From: Phoronis australis
Lineage: Eukaryota > Animalia > Phoronida
Direction: 5' to 3'
Assembly: GCA_002633005.1 (NCBI GenBank)
Contig: NMRA01000465.1
Location: 79,941 to 143,940 of the forward strand
DNA: 64,000 nt
Shown here in pieces: positions 51,601-64,000 of this stretch (positions are counted from its first letter, which is position 1; each line of letters opens with the position of its first letter). The notes under the pieces were generated by a model, which made no database searches, was not told where the DNA came from, and saw nothing but the letters and a program-made list of their open reading frames with translations. A program made the position numbers and the translations under genes.

Positions 51601-54600
51601 GGCAATTGTTTATACTACTCGGAATGAAACTCCAGAATAAACAATAGCCTATGCTAAATACAATTAGACAAAACCCACTACTAACTCAGAATGGATTTAA
51701 ATAAACTTTAAGCTACACCCAAGACATAATAACCAAAACTGTAGGAACACACACAAATACCACAAATCAGCGTTAACGCATGAAATAATAGTCATAACTG
51801 CATTTCATTCAGCTTAATAGCTATCTGAAAAAACAAAATCACTGCTACTGCCATATACCTATACAAAATGGGTCTCAGTACATGCACTGTGACAGCAAAT
51901 TATATCGAATTGCCTTGGATTGGACCAGTCAGGGCATTTACACGCCAACAAAACGCTTTAGAAAACCCAGCACTGATCAGCTTTCAAAAGCTTTAGCCAA
52001 CTCCATTAAATCAAAAGTTATCCGTCAATTTCAATAGAACGTTGGAACTGATGATACCATGGTTAGACAATTTTTAGGAGCAAACTGAATTTTAATTTCA
52101 CATTGAAGCAGTCTGTGCAAGGAAGTGGATGTTCAACAAATTCAACACTATCGCCACAAGCTCTGTTTACCTGTTCAGTCCTCTGCAAATGCATGGGAGT
52201 ATTGCAAGACACATAGCTTAAAGGACAATGTTCAACGTGAGCCATACAATCACATGGGTGTATTTCAGGACACATAGTTTAAGGTGCAGTGTACAACGTG
52301 CTAGCCCCATGCTGCCTCACTTGACACAATTAAGCTAAAAAAGATGCAGGTGGACTTTATAGATGCACGACTTCATACAAAATTTTGAAAAGTCAGTGCA
52401 CATAAGAAGAGTACGGTACAAAAAGTAGTCCCCCTTTTCTCAAGACTAAGTTGTGTTTTGTTCTATGCAAGACTAATCATGATTTATTTACCGTTTTCAT
52501 GGACTAAAAGAAATAGAAAAAACCCAAAAACTTTTGATCCTCTGTCAGTATTTGAATGAGCAGGGCGAAAAATTTAACAATGTTGAGCTATGCTTGCAAT
52601 AAAGCTTGCAAAATGTGCATTACATCCAGAATACGCCGATTCAATTAAATGTTGTTATTAATGACATACAGTAACAAAATCAGTTTCATGTGCCGGATAA
52701 CATTGTGTCTTACCAGTCTAATCTGGTTGTCAATCTGTTCGTCGACATGTCTGAATGCATTTGACTTCTCCCTGTTCAGTGCCAAGTTGGCCTCACGCAG
52801 CTCCTTCCTCTGCTTCTCCTCCAGTTCAGCCTGCGCTCTTATCTGCTCCTCATGTAACGTCTGCTCTTCACTGGAAGTCTGCTCACTGTTCAACTGATCA
52901 CTGATCTGATTGATTACTTCAGCTGTGTCCTCGTCACCTTTAGCAGCCTAGCAACACACGTACAATGAACAGTGAACAGAAATAAGAGAATGTTGGGAAC
53001 ATATTGCTTCTGAAGCACGGACAAGCATGAAAGAATGTGCCAAGCATCATGGCACTTGAATCAGAGTGAACAAAGAACACGTTTGAGAGAATGCTACTCC
53101 TGTTTTCAGTGTCTAAATAGATCATACGAAGCTAACGACGCAAATGATAACGATGTTCAGGATAAACGATTCGATTTAAAAGGTTAAATCATCATCTGAT
53201 ATGAGTCATGCTCTACATCATTTGAGTCGTTAGCTTCCTATTATACATCTGGCCAAAAACTAATGTCACTAAATAGATCAATGATTTCAGCAGAATTCAC
53301 AACTAACAGAATAAATTGAGCAGTACAGAGAAAAACTGAATGAATACATTTATCTAAAATAATCAAAAAGTCAACTAAACAGTTGTTAAAATTATATAAT
53401 TTCAAATCACTTTGCTACCAAATTTCTACATGAAAGCGTTTCTGAAGATCTTATGATCTAAACCACAATGCAAAATTAAAAACAAAATTACTAAACTCTG
53501 AACTTCATTGCTCACATGATCTCTACATTGAAACATTTCACAAGATCTTGTATTCTCAACAGCACAGCACTAATACATATTTAGTGCACTTCATTCCCCA
53601 CAACTTACCAGCGCCTTTGTGATTCTGTTCAACTCGCTGTTGACAGCACTCTCCTTGGCCAGTTCTTCGCGCATACGTTTACGGGCGGCCATCTTGGCAC
53701 GTAGCTTGTCCTTCTGAGCGTCACGCTCTTCGTCCTGTCTTTCCACCAGGTTTCTCATGTCCCTCTCATGCTGAGACAAGATGGCCTCCTTTTCATTTGA
53801 TGCCGCATCCTTCATCTGTCTCATCAACTCTTCTCGCTCAAGCGCTTCCAGTCTTTCCTGTTAAACGATAACAGTCAATGTACTACAATTGGTTTACCGA
53901 TAATAGCCACATACATCTCTGTGGAGTTTTCCTGTTTGCTCAAGTTACATTTTATTAATTATTAAATTTTCTACAGGAGTGCATAATTAGGACAAACCAT
54001 GACATATCTTTCACGCAAATAATTGTTTTTTTCTCTGGATAGCACTTATCAATCTATATCAAGCACCTATAGTATGTCCCTACATTAAGTAATATATGAA
54101 CAATTTCTGAATCAGCTACCTTTTCCACTTCTATCCTATTAATGATATCAAAAAGTTGCCATATCGTTTACCTTTTCAATCTGCTTCATAACCTCCAACA
54201 TGGCGTTCTCTTCTGATGAGCGATCAGCGTTAGACTGCAGTTCTTCATCTTCCACCCGCTTGTTGTGATCTTCTTCACTTTCGCCTTCCAGCTGAGCCAC
54301 ACTCTTTCTACGGCGCTCACGGCGAGCACGGAACTTGTCCTTCATATTCATCTGTCGACGTTTGGCCTCTGAAGCATTGGAACGTAACTTCTCTATCACT
54401 TCATCCTGCACTGCTCCACCCAGATGCAGTGCCTTCATCCTTGCTTCAAGGTCAGGGTCAAACCCATCCTCCTTCGTCTCATTTTCGGCTAACTTCAGCT
54501 CTGCCAGCAGGCGTGCTTGCGCCTCAGCCAGTGCCTTCAACTCACTGTCAAGAGCATTGTGGGATGGAATAGTCATATCTGGTACACCATCAACAGGCAA

Positions 54601-57600
54601 GCCAAGGTTCTTAGCTTCAGTGATGTGCTGTCTGTGAAGCTCCTTCTTCTTTTGACGTCGTTTGTCCAACAGCTGTTGGCGCAGTTTGTTCATCTGCTCC
54701 TCTTTCTGTTTCTCAAGACTGCCTGAGATCTTCTGCAGATTGTTAGCATACTCAAGCATGATCTTTTCTCGTTCTTCATCTGTTGTGGCTGCAGATAACT
54801 TGAGTTTGAGCTCCTTCTTGAACTCTTCAATCACCTCCTTCTTCTTATCTTCAAATGCTAATATTGTGTTGTTAATCTGTTGAATCTCATCACCTTTGAG
54901 TTGGTTTTCCAAGCTTGCAGCTTCATACGTCTGTTTGTTAAACAGATGCTTGCCACGTTCACGTCTTTCTTCATCAGTCTCCTTTCTATCCTGAGGAGCA
55001 ATAAGTGACGCGTTCACTACAACTGTGCTAGTAGACTTCTGGTCACCCACACCAGCATCAGCAACACTCCTGGGGACCTGTGTAGCTTCAGATGTTCTAT
55101 GCATCTCCGTTTCACGGCGCGAGCTGTTCTCTTGATCTACAACAACAGTTTCATGCAGATGACTTCTCTGAGGCTCCACAATGTGTTCGATGCCACTATG
55201 CAACATGGTTGTCTTTACATCAGTGTGATGCGAAGGCAAGCCACCTGACTGTAATATGGTAACCAAGTCACTGTTCAACACAAATGGACCTCCCGACTCC
55301 AACATAGCTATCAGTTGCTTCAGTAGAGGAATCAGTTCTTGATCGGATGAGCCAGAGGTCAAGTTCAACTCTCCATACAGCCCTGACAAGCAAGCATCAT
55401 AATCACCAGCCAGCACAGCTGATCCAGACAGCACAGCCTTAGCTTCGACTGCCAGAAGTTCTGCTTTCTGCCGAGCGTATTCCAGGGAAGCATGCTCCTC
55501 ATCCAGGCTCTCTAGTCGTGTCATTATCTGGTCCTGCAGCTCCACTTGGAGTCGACCTTTGGCCTGTACGTACCTCTGACGAGCCACCATCTCAGCATCA
55601 GCATTCATGGCACCATCCAACTCTGACATGCGATCTTTAAACTTGCCTTCTTCCTTCTGCAGTTTGTCAAAGAACTTGCGTACCGTATCCACAAACTTAC
55701 TGTGCATGGAGTGGTGAGCGTCTTCATGTCTCTTCTCTGAAGCGTCTGCCTCAGTAAGTACAGACACGACATCTGGTGGTAAGACAGAGCCATACTCGGC
55801 CTCTGCATCCTGACGCCGCTGCACCTCTTCTTTGGCAGCTTCTGCTATCTGGTGGGAAATTTCAGACATCTTCTCTAGACTGCTCTCCACAACTTTGACA
55901 GTGGTGTTCTCCACGTCAAACAGAAGGATCTGTGACAGGTGGAACTCCTGCATGGTCAGGTCATCCTCTCGCTGTCTCTGGCGTCGCCAGAAGCCACGAC
56001 GAGCCACGATCTCTTCTTCTAGCATAGCCAGTGCTCCTAGAGGTGGCTTTCGCTTCTTGTGCCCACCCGACGATAAAGTGACAGGAACAACGGTGTTGGT
56101 CTCAGCATTCACTCGTACACCACTAACTGGGCTCAGATCTCCTGTCACTGGGTCAACTGCTTTACGTCCGAGCATGATGGGTACAAGGCCTGAAATAGTA
56201 ACAAGTAGTGTAAGCAGACCTCCAATGACTTCATTCTTTCAATTGGCAAATGCATCCCATACTAAATTAAACGTAAAAATACACTTATAAAACTGAACTG
56301 AGAGGAATAGACAAGAGTAACTCTATATTGTGTCAAGAATTTACAATTTAAAGTATGAACCAGACCTAGTAACTTTCAATTGCTGAGTTGAACAACGTAT
56401 GAATTACTCATCAATCTCAATGTCCTACAAAACTTGCCTTCTCCCTCAATGTCCTCCATAGTGCCCCCTAGTGGTCGTATGTTACCAGTTAATTTCTCTT
56501 TCTCCGCTCCCAAGATGGGGACCTCGAGCTCAGACCCAGCAGGGTCCAGCATTGTGGTGCCTATCAGGATGGGAAGTAGCTGGCCAGTACGTGTGAACTC
56601 ATACATGCCTGCAATAGGACAGAGAAAGACTTGTCAGTCGATGTCTAGGCTCACCATGATGTATAGAATTCACCATAAAGAGTCACGTACATAGTGAGGC
56701 AACTAAGTACTTCTTGAGTCGCATGGACACACAGCTATGATAAAAACAATCAATCCTAACCATAAGTCAAACTCCTCCAATCAGATGACAGATTTTAACA
56801 AGAGACAGGCAAAGATAATATGAGCATAATCTGACAGACACTGAATCAGATAAGAATGTTTTGAATGAAGAGTGCGAATAGCAAACATTGAAAAAATGGA
56901 ATATGACTGCCAGGCAGATTACCAACCCCAAGGTCTTCTTAATGGAGGAGTCTAATCACCAGAAAACCTCCAAAATACTGCACAGCATTAGCCTACCTGG
57001 TGACCCGCCGGTAGTTGCCAGTACATTGGCCCTCTCCTCACGCCGTGACAGGTCCTGGGAGACTCTGATCAAGTGTGCCCGTAGACGTGTCCGTGCTCGC
57101 GTCAGTTCTTTCAAGACACCTTCACACAGTGTCTGCTCATGACGTACGTTGAGATCTTTACCAAGGTCAGCAGCATCATCACCTAGTCAAGAGAAATCAT
57201 GGCATCATTTGTTATGTTTGCTGTGCCATAGATGAAGTCATGTGAAATGGACAGTCTTGAGTACTATACATCAAACAAAGCTACATTCTAGCCTTTGCAT
57301 TTACTTTAAGATGTACTTTAAAGTTGTATCACTTAAACTCAAATTCACAATCCGATAATGCGCCCTTTCTGAAACATTTGGAAAATGTTTACTTTTAGTA
57401 AACTCTTGGTTCAAGTATTGTTGTTACAGAACATTTAGCTCAAAGTATTAGACATTCAAATGCAACATCACCTGAGCAAATACCAAGTTAAGGTGCGCTA
57501 AACAACTTAAAACAATCCATGATTTACAATCAATCGCAGTCAACTTACTGCAAACGGCGTCCTTCAGCTGTCTGAACACATCCAACAGTCTGGCCTCACA

Positions 57601-60600
57601 GGCCAACACATTAGCATCCAACAGAGCTTGGTAACCACCGCCAGATGGCAGCACCTCACCCTCTGACAAATAACCACCATTAATCCTCAGTGTTCCATTA
57701 CTGTGTTTGTCCTCTGCTACATCACCCGGGATGATGGGAGTTGGGTTGCCATGATCACCAGCTCTAGTGCCACCAATGGGGAAGGCATTGCCTGTACTGG
57801 CATCAATCTCAGCTGCCAGGATGGGAACTGGCATCTCCGTGTTAGGATCCAACATTATGGAGCCTATCTCAATGGGCACTGGTAGACCAGAGACTGGGTC
57901 TATATGGGAACCTCCAACAGGGAGAATAGAGCCCGTGTCAGGATGAATTGTCATGGCAACAATGGGGACGTGGATTCCACTCTCTGGGTCAGGGATGGCT
58001 TTTCCATACTTCATGTCTGACCTGCGATCCAAGGCCTTGAACTTGGTGGTGACCGGTCGACCGGTGTTGGGGTCAACAGGATAGGGTACATAGGGTATAA
58101 GCTCATCATCACCACGTGCTGCTTCACCTGAAATATTTGGGCAAAGTAGCAACAATATAAGATTAAAGATGTTAGGCTTTTATTCTTAATTTTAGAATAC
58201 ATTATTTGTAAATCAGTCCAAGTAAAAGCTTTCTTCATACACAACAAACTTTTGACAAAACAAAATATTGGCTACATAAATAGAAAATGCCAGACCTGGT
58301 GACGTTGCAGAAAATCAAGAGCCTGATTTTGGGTTGTTACCATAAAACACTACTTAATTGAAGTAGTCATGCACACAAAAAAAACAAAATACCTAAGGCT
58401 TGTAAATATTTTTATATTAAAATTTTGACTAAATTGACAAACGCCAGCACCATATCTAGTTTAACAATCAAAATGACTTCAGTGCTAGTTCTCAAGATTA
58501 GTAATGTTTTATTTCTGTTCATCTCACCTGTGGCCGAATCTGCTGTAAACATTAATCTTGATGACACGGGGTCAAACGCCACGTTACTTCGTATAGGTAA
58601 TAGTCGGCCAGTCTGAGGGTGAAGGAAGTAGTCGGATGGGATCTCAACCATTCGGCCATTGTCTTCTTGCATCTGCACGCCATCGTTAGGTACAAATAGT
58701 CCAGTGACAGGGTCCATATGAAGGAGCTCAGGCACCATTATAGACATCTCTTCACCTGGGTGAATACACACACATGAGCACAAACATGTACAACCACAAG
58801 GGAAGATAGGCATACCGACTTGATTATTTAGACACAACCATTAAATAATCCATTGACATTTTCTGGTTAAGTGGACATCAAGCCCAGCGGAGGTGAAACT
58901 GACTCTTACATCAACCAAACACAGTATAGGACACAGAATACATTTGGTGGCTAGTGCACGCTTGGCGACCATCTTCATATCACTTTAACAGTGTGGGCTG
59001 AAGCCCACGTATCTCTATGACAGACACATTAACTGCTCAACAACAAACTACCCTACATGTTCAGTTGAGTCACAAGCATGATGTGAGCAAAATGGGGCAG
59101 AAATCAAAGAGCAACACAATAAAAACTGAGTTTTGATTTAAAATGTCCTCAACTAAGCATTAAGACTGCAGTAAATCCGCATTCCAACAAAGAAGCAAGC
59201 TTTTGATTCAAACAATTTTCCACTAAGAAACACAGTCTCAACTCCTTACTCCCAGGAGAATTGGGTTTCTTGGATTGGAAACAACTGACAGTTCATTAGT
59301 ACCAGAGTACATGACTCGACATGAGAAGCCATCTTGTTGAACATGTACTGAACCAATAACCAACAGCCAGACATCACAACTTGTTTGAGTACGGAAAAAG
59401 ATTGGACCAATTCCATAATTTTGGAAAGAGGCCTAAATCCAGCAACTTCTTAACGAATAAAATATTTACATGAAGATATAGCTTTAAGGTAGTACCAGAC
59501 GAGTAAACCTCCAATACAAAGCAAGTTAAGACTTGCACTGTACAGTTACGGTCATGTGATAGCATTTTGCCTACAGTGACAGAAAACAAAACAATCATAA
59601 AGTCTGATCTACGAAACATTTCAAAGTCTTTAATAACTTTTGTCTATTCTCACTTACTTATAATTTCCTCTCGCTGTAATGCATGTCCATAGGCCGACAC
59701 AAGCTTGCCACCAGAGCCCTTACCCAGAATGCCCCATGCACCCAGTCTCTGGCATTCATTAGTCAGTTCAGTTGACATTCGGTGTATGAGAGACCCAACA
59801 CGGGCACCAACCGTGCGGTGCTGTGTCTGATCAAACTCCCCATCAACCACCACTTGACCTCGTTGTAACTTCTCAGAGTGTTCAGTGAGCAGACGGGCTG
59901 CTTCCCTTAGGGCTGCTTCAAATGCCACCTGGTGGTACATGACACAAATGAAATAAAACTGGCAGAATGTACATCTATGGGTACACATAACAGAAACATT
60001 ACATTCACTGGTGTGATGTGTCTAGTTAACACCAGGTGGCAGCTTATTCCTGATTACATATACACTAAAAAAACACTGCTTGTGACCAAGAATGATACAT
60101 GCAGCATGTAAGCAACTGACAATTCACAATCATTAAGAGAAAGGACCCTTTCACAACTCTAGGCCCTGAAACCACAAGTCTCCCTCATGCACACCGAACC
60201 AGATTACACTCCAAGTCTGGCTAACTTCTCTCTGGCCTCCTACTCAAACACGCCTGATGAGTTTCTCTATCTCTCTCATCCTCATCCTTCAGTGCCCTCT
60301 CCTTGACCAGATCTCCCTATAGACTTGCTCCCCTCCCTCTAACCCACTCAAACCCACCTGATGAGTTTCTCTTTCTCTCTCATCCTCATCCTTCAGTGCT
60401 CTCTCCTTGACCAGAACTCCCTCCAGCCTTGCTCCCAGTTCCTTCCTTCGCTCCAACTCTATCTCGAGCTCTTCCAGTTTGTACTCATACATGGCTAGGT
60501 CTTCCCGTGTTGCCAGACCACTACGCCCCTTCAGGTTCAACTTGGNACATATACACTAAAAAAACACTGCTTGTGACCAAGAATGATATATGCAGCATGT

Positions 60601-63529
60601 AAGCAACTGACAATTCATAAACATTAAGAGAAAGAACCCTTTCACAACTCTAGGCCCTGAAACCACAAGTCTCCCTTATGCACACTGAACCAGATTACAC
60701 TCCAAGTCTGGCTAACTTCCCTCTGGCTTCCTACTCAAACCCGCCTGATGAGTTTCTCTATCTCTCTCATCCTCATCCTTCAGTGCCCTCTCCTTGACCA
60801 GATCTCCCTATAGATTGGCTCCCCTCCCTCTAACCCACTAAAACAAACCTGATGAGTTTCTCTATCTCTCTCATCCTCATCCTTCAGTGCTCTCTCCTTG
60901 ACCAGAACTCCCTCCAGCCTTGCTCCCAGTTCCTTCCTTCGCTCCAACTCTATCTCGAGCTCTTCCAGTTTGTACTCATACATGGCTAGGTCTTCCCGTG
61001 TTGCCAGACCACTACGCCCCTTCAGGTTCAACTTGGCCGCCCACAGACCCTTCAGTGACTCCGTCTGATTGTTAATCTTTTGGTATAGACTCTTGACATC
61101 TTCCTTCTGTCGTCCCAAAGTCTGAGTCACGTCACGTGACTGCTTGGACAGAGTGTCGTATAATGTCTCAGCATTGAATGCCTCAAGGTCAACTTGATGT
61201 GTGTAGTCCCAGAATTCATCTCCCTTTACCTCTATTGTCGTAGCTGAAAACAGATTGAACTGATCAACAGTTGAAAGGGTGAGTCCTGCAAGTCTTTCAG
61301 CTACAATCTAGTGTAAGAATCCTGTATACCATTCTTTGACCATGCATATTACAGCCAGGGTATAGTTTTACTTTTTGAATGATGGCATCCCAAGAACCAT
61401 GATACCATTCTTCGAGACAACATACTCCCTATACCTCAACCCTGTTCGTAACAAACCATATCTGCAACAGGTTCTTGATAGAGATACTGATGACCAGGAC
61501 TTTCAAAAAAAGTGTAACTTTGCATTTTAATTCCTTTGTGGTAATCAAAAACTTAAACTAACAATTTGAAACCTACTCTTCACTTATCGTCAGAATATGC
61601 CAGACAAAGAGACAGACAAAAATTCTCCTCAATAACCAATTTTCATACTTTTATTCCTAAGCCTGTAAAAGAGATATGGAGCGATGCAACTCTCATAGAG
61701 TTTAAGTTGTCTGAACTAAAAAAACACTGAAGACTCTTAACACATACCATCGATCACAGCCTCGTGACCATCAGGCTCAGTCCTGGTCTTGTGGAAGGTG
61801 AGGGCCTCCAGATTCCTGTTGTACTTCTTAGCAGGGTGTACTGTCGAGCCCTTACTGGAGTAGTCGTCAAAGTTGTACTTCTGTGTCAGACCTCTGTACT
61901 TGGGACTGCCGAACAACACCTTACCCCAGCCGTACTTGCGGAACAGAACCTAAAAGCACAGCGTATGGCAATATCCACTCTTATTAGGCTCAATCAACAA
62001 AGGTAACAGAAAACACTTCATTGCTGTCCGTAGAAAGGTCTATTCTGCAAGTGAATTTGACAAAATTCAACCAGAAAAGACCCACATACAAAATGACCAT
62101 AAATTGAAACCAATCACATCCAATCTCTAAACACCAGGGCTTGGAATGTCCAATTACGAAAAACGCGGAAATTTTTACGGCCCAAAACATGCGCGCTATA
62201 GTCCATTAGACGATGTGGAGCTTTTGCCGACAAAAATCGGGAGGACTAAAAAATGAACAAAAAAAAACAAAAAACGGTACCACCTCCAGGACCGTGCGTC
62301 TGCATCTTTTTAGCTCGTCCGTCCACTCCACTCCCACCTCCACACATTTTTGGCTGCAGAGTCGTAGCATTTGTCACCGCGGTTTCCAATCACACGAGAG
62401 GCCATTATTGAAAAATCCACCACGCTATCCCAGATGCCCCGGCAATGTTGACAATTTACGTTCCTCCGAAACATAAAGAGCAACTTCCGCTTTTCGAGTT
62501 GAAAGTCATCGGCAACGCCGCGGTAAGAAAGAAATTTGCCGCGAAAATTTTACACCAAATCCGATTTTTTTTACGCGGAAATACAATAAAATACGCAGAC
62601 AGAACATTTGAAAAAAGCGGAAATCCGCGTTTCAGCAGAAAATTCCAAGCCTCAAAACATCTACTACAACAAATTTTTGATGAATTTTCAGATAGAAAAA
62701 AAATTAAGGTTGAAATAAAATATAATGGACAGTCCTACTTCTCAAGAAATCCAAACTTGTTACTGTAAAGACGGCCTAACTAGATAAAAAATTCCTTTAA
62801 AAGCCCAACTCACCAGAGCGACAACGACCAAAATCATGACTATCAAGATGGATGCCAGCAGTATAAAGATGACCGCCCAGTCGGGTGCCTTGAGGATCGT
62901 TTGATCTATCTTCATTCCATTCTGGACAGCGTAGCGGGCAGTACTCGGGAAAAATGGGCCATCCTCGGCACATTGACCACTGGGGTCCATCACTCTGATA
63001 TACTGGGCACAAATAAGAGAGATGTTAATGAAGCCAGTTAGGTACTTGGATTATCAGGAGGTAACACAATATCAGACAGGTGTTGCTAAATACAAATCTA
63101 AATTATAATAACCACATTTTCTCACAAGCAAAACTTACATCGGCTGCCAATGTTCATAAAAGAGTCATGACTTAGTGACTTCCAAACATTTTGACCCACA
63201 AGTGTTTAGGAGATTAATAATTCACTGCTTAATAAAGACACACATCTACATAGCCAGTAAATATGGATAATAAAGTGGCTTATAACAAAGTATGATCATT
63301 TTCGCAATCATTATTTTATGCTGCGTTTATTTCATGTTTAAGACGAGAGACAGAGATATAACACACCATTTTCTTATTGACATCACTTGAGAGATAGAAG
63401 ACATATACACCCGGGTCTTTGAAGCGGTAGGCAAACAAAGTGGTGGCCGTCTCCACCTGAGACTGCGCTTCAACAAGCTCCCGGAAGCCTCCATAGTCAA
63501 ACTTCTCATTAGTATTGTACAAGTTATCC
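42601..63529 (-). CDS. Very large single-pass membrane / coiled-coil protein, 3' part (24 exons, about 2500 aa visible; 5' end lies beyond the window)
   Basis: Phase-consistent exons in transcript order: 63529-63367, 63002-62814, 61949-61748, 61243-60849, 59928-59658, 58755-58528, 58127-57549, 57182-56997, 56608-56438, 56189-54172, 53857-53609, 52947-52714, 50739-50569, 50104-49949, 49587-49315, 48431-48103, 47852-47699, 46648-46343, 46058-45890, 45681-45272, 44756-44547, 44037-43880, 43500-43386, 42786-42601 (TGA). TM helix WAVIFILLASILIVMILVVVALVLF followed by RKYGW. The upstream motif DNLYNTNEKFDYGGFRELV...FAYRFKDPGVYVF resembles, from memory, giant GCC2/GCC3 cysteine-repeat proteins of the mouse Gm32742 / zebrafish si:ch211-286b4.4 type (unverified). 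Confidence 0.88.
45272..45681 (-). CDS. Exon of the large minus-strand gene encoding a C-terminal globular domain with HSLAH motif
   Basis: Within ORF 45182-45673. Acceptor ccag|GT GTT TAT, donor TAC CAT|gtaagt. Confidence 0.88.
47253..47841. other. 294-bp near-identical tandem duplication at a single-N junction (probable assembly artefact)
   Basis: 47253-47546 and 47548-47841 are separated only by N at 47547 and differ by a few SNPs. The left copy lacks the exon acceptor. Confidence 0.75.
48534..48652. repeat. 10/12-bp tandem repeat CTATGTAGAG / CTATATGTAGAG
   Basis: Directly visible, about 11 units. Confidence 0.9.
48900..49290. repeat. Minisatellite, ~32-bp unit
   Basis: About 12 degenerate units CACACAGAGCCCCTGCTTACTACATGACCCCT in an intron. 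Confidence 0.85.
50288..50443. mobile_element. MITE (family of 7767-7914)
   Basis: TIR CTGGGCCCAGTTGCATAAA / TTTATGCAACTCAGCCCAG. Confidence 0.75.
54172..56189 (-). CDS. 2018-nt internal exon of the large minus-strand gene (coiled-coil region)
   Basis: Matches the 675-aa ORF 54148-56175. Acceptor tttcag|GC CTT GTA at 56189, donor GAA AAG|gtaaac at 54172. E/K/R/Q/L-rich heptad sequence. Confidence 0.92.
57549..58127 (-). CDS. Exon of the large minus-strand gene encoding DPxTG/SG beta-hairpin-like repeats
   Basis: Within ORF 57448-58155, canonical splice sites. Repeats VDPNTGR, PDPESGI, IHPDTGS, IDPVSGL, LDPNTEM, IDASTGN. Confidence 0.88.
60056..61036. other. ~490-bp near-identical tandem duplication at a single-N junction (probable assembly artefact)
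   Basis: 60056-60545 and 60547-61036 are separated only by N at 60546 and differ by scattered SNPs. Confidence 0.75.
62135..62653. mobile_element. Non-autonomous hAT-like element in an intron
   Basis: Ends CAGGGCTTGGAAT ... ATTCCAAGCCTC, subterminal ACGCGGAAAT-type motifs, and similar 8-bp flanks (CTAAACAC / CAAAACAT). Confidence 0.5.
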
Positions 63530-63661
63530 CTGAAACACAGAACACAATGACACATCACAAGCAAGAAGACCCATGCACTGTCTTATTCATAATTATTATA
63601 GCATGCCTGCCAATAAGCAAACATAAAAAACATCCCCAGCTTACAAGTTGACTTCTTCATT

Positions 63662-64000
63662 GATAGTAGTTATTGGTGACTGTCACTTACTTGTCATAGA
63701 CTGGGCAATAATTATTGGTGACTGACACTTACTTGTCATAGACTGGGCAATAGTTATTGGTGACTGACACTTGTTATAGACAGGGCAACAGTTATTGGTG
63801 ATTGACAATTACTTGTCATAGACTAGGCAATAGTTATGGGCAACTGACACTTACTTGTCATAGACCAGGGTAATAGTTATTTGTGACTGGAACTTGATTG
63901 TCATAGACTGGGTAATAGTTATTGGTGACTGACATATACAAGTCATAGACAGGGATATTAGTGACTGGTGATTGACACTTACTTGTCATAAACGGGGTAA
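63662..64000. repeat. Minisatellite, ~42-bp unit, running off the window end
   Basis: Unit TAGTTATTGGTGACTGACACTTACTTGTCATAGACTGGGCAA, about 8 copies. Confidence 0.9.

Noticed and set aside
59250-59347. Possible extra exon of the large minus-strand gene
   Set aside because: The flanking exons (59658 and 58755) already join in phase; this 98-nt piece would frameshift.
60056-61036. Apparent duplicated exon (NLKGRSGLATREDLAMYEYK...)
   Set aside because: Same single-N junction signature at 60546, and the left copy is truncated exactly at the N.
63662-64000. Regularly spaced repeats resembling a CRISPR array (also 9490-9720 and 48900-49290)
   Set aside because: The units are contiguous with no unique spacers, there are no cas genes, and the context is a eukaryotic intron. 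These are minisatellites.

Overview
This is eukaryotic, intron-rich animal genomic DNA, about 40% GC and invertebrate-like. The species cannot be determined from the sequence. I see no prokaryotic operons, CRISPR arrays, rRNA or intact tRNA genes. Manual splicing gives four protein-coding genes. (1-2) Two tandem + strand paralogues (3064-12727, 380 aa; 16674-31475, 376 aa) share a 9-exon structure and encode signal peptide + zona pellucida (ZP)-like module + RRRR furin site + C-terminal TM helix. (3) A two-exon + strand gene (35653-37387, 171 aa) encodes a single C2H2 zinc finger that is split by the intron. (4) The 3' part of a very large - strand gene (42601 to beyond 63529; 24 exons, about 2500 aa visible) encodes a TM helix, DPxTG hairpin repeats, a long coiled coil and a degenerate HExxH-like motif. 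Introns and intergenic DNA carry many MITE or foldback elements, tRNA-derived repeats, a Ty3/gypsy RT remnant, a LINE 3' end and minisatellites. Three apparent duplications sit at single-N junctions and are probably assembly artefacts. Family assignments come from motif recognition only; no database search was run.
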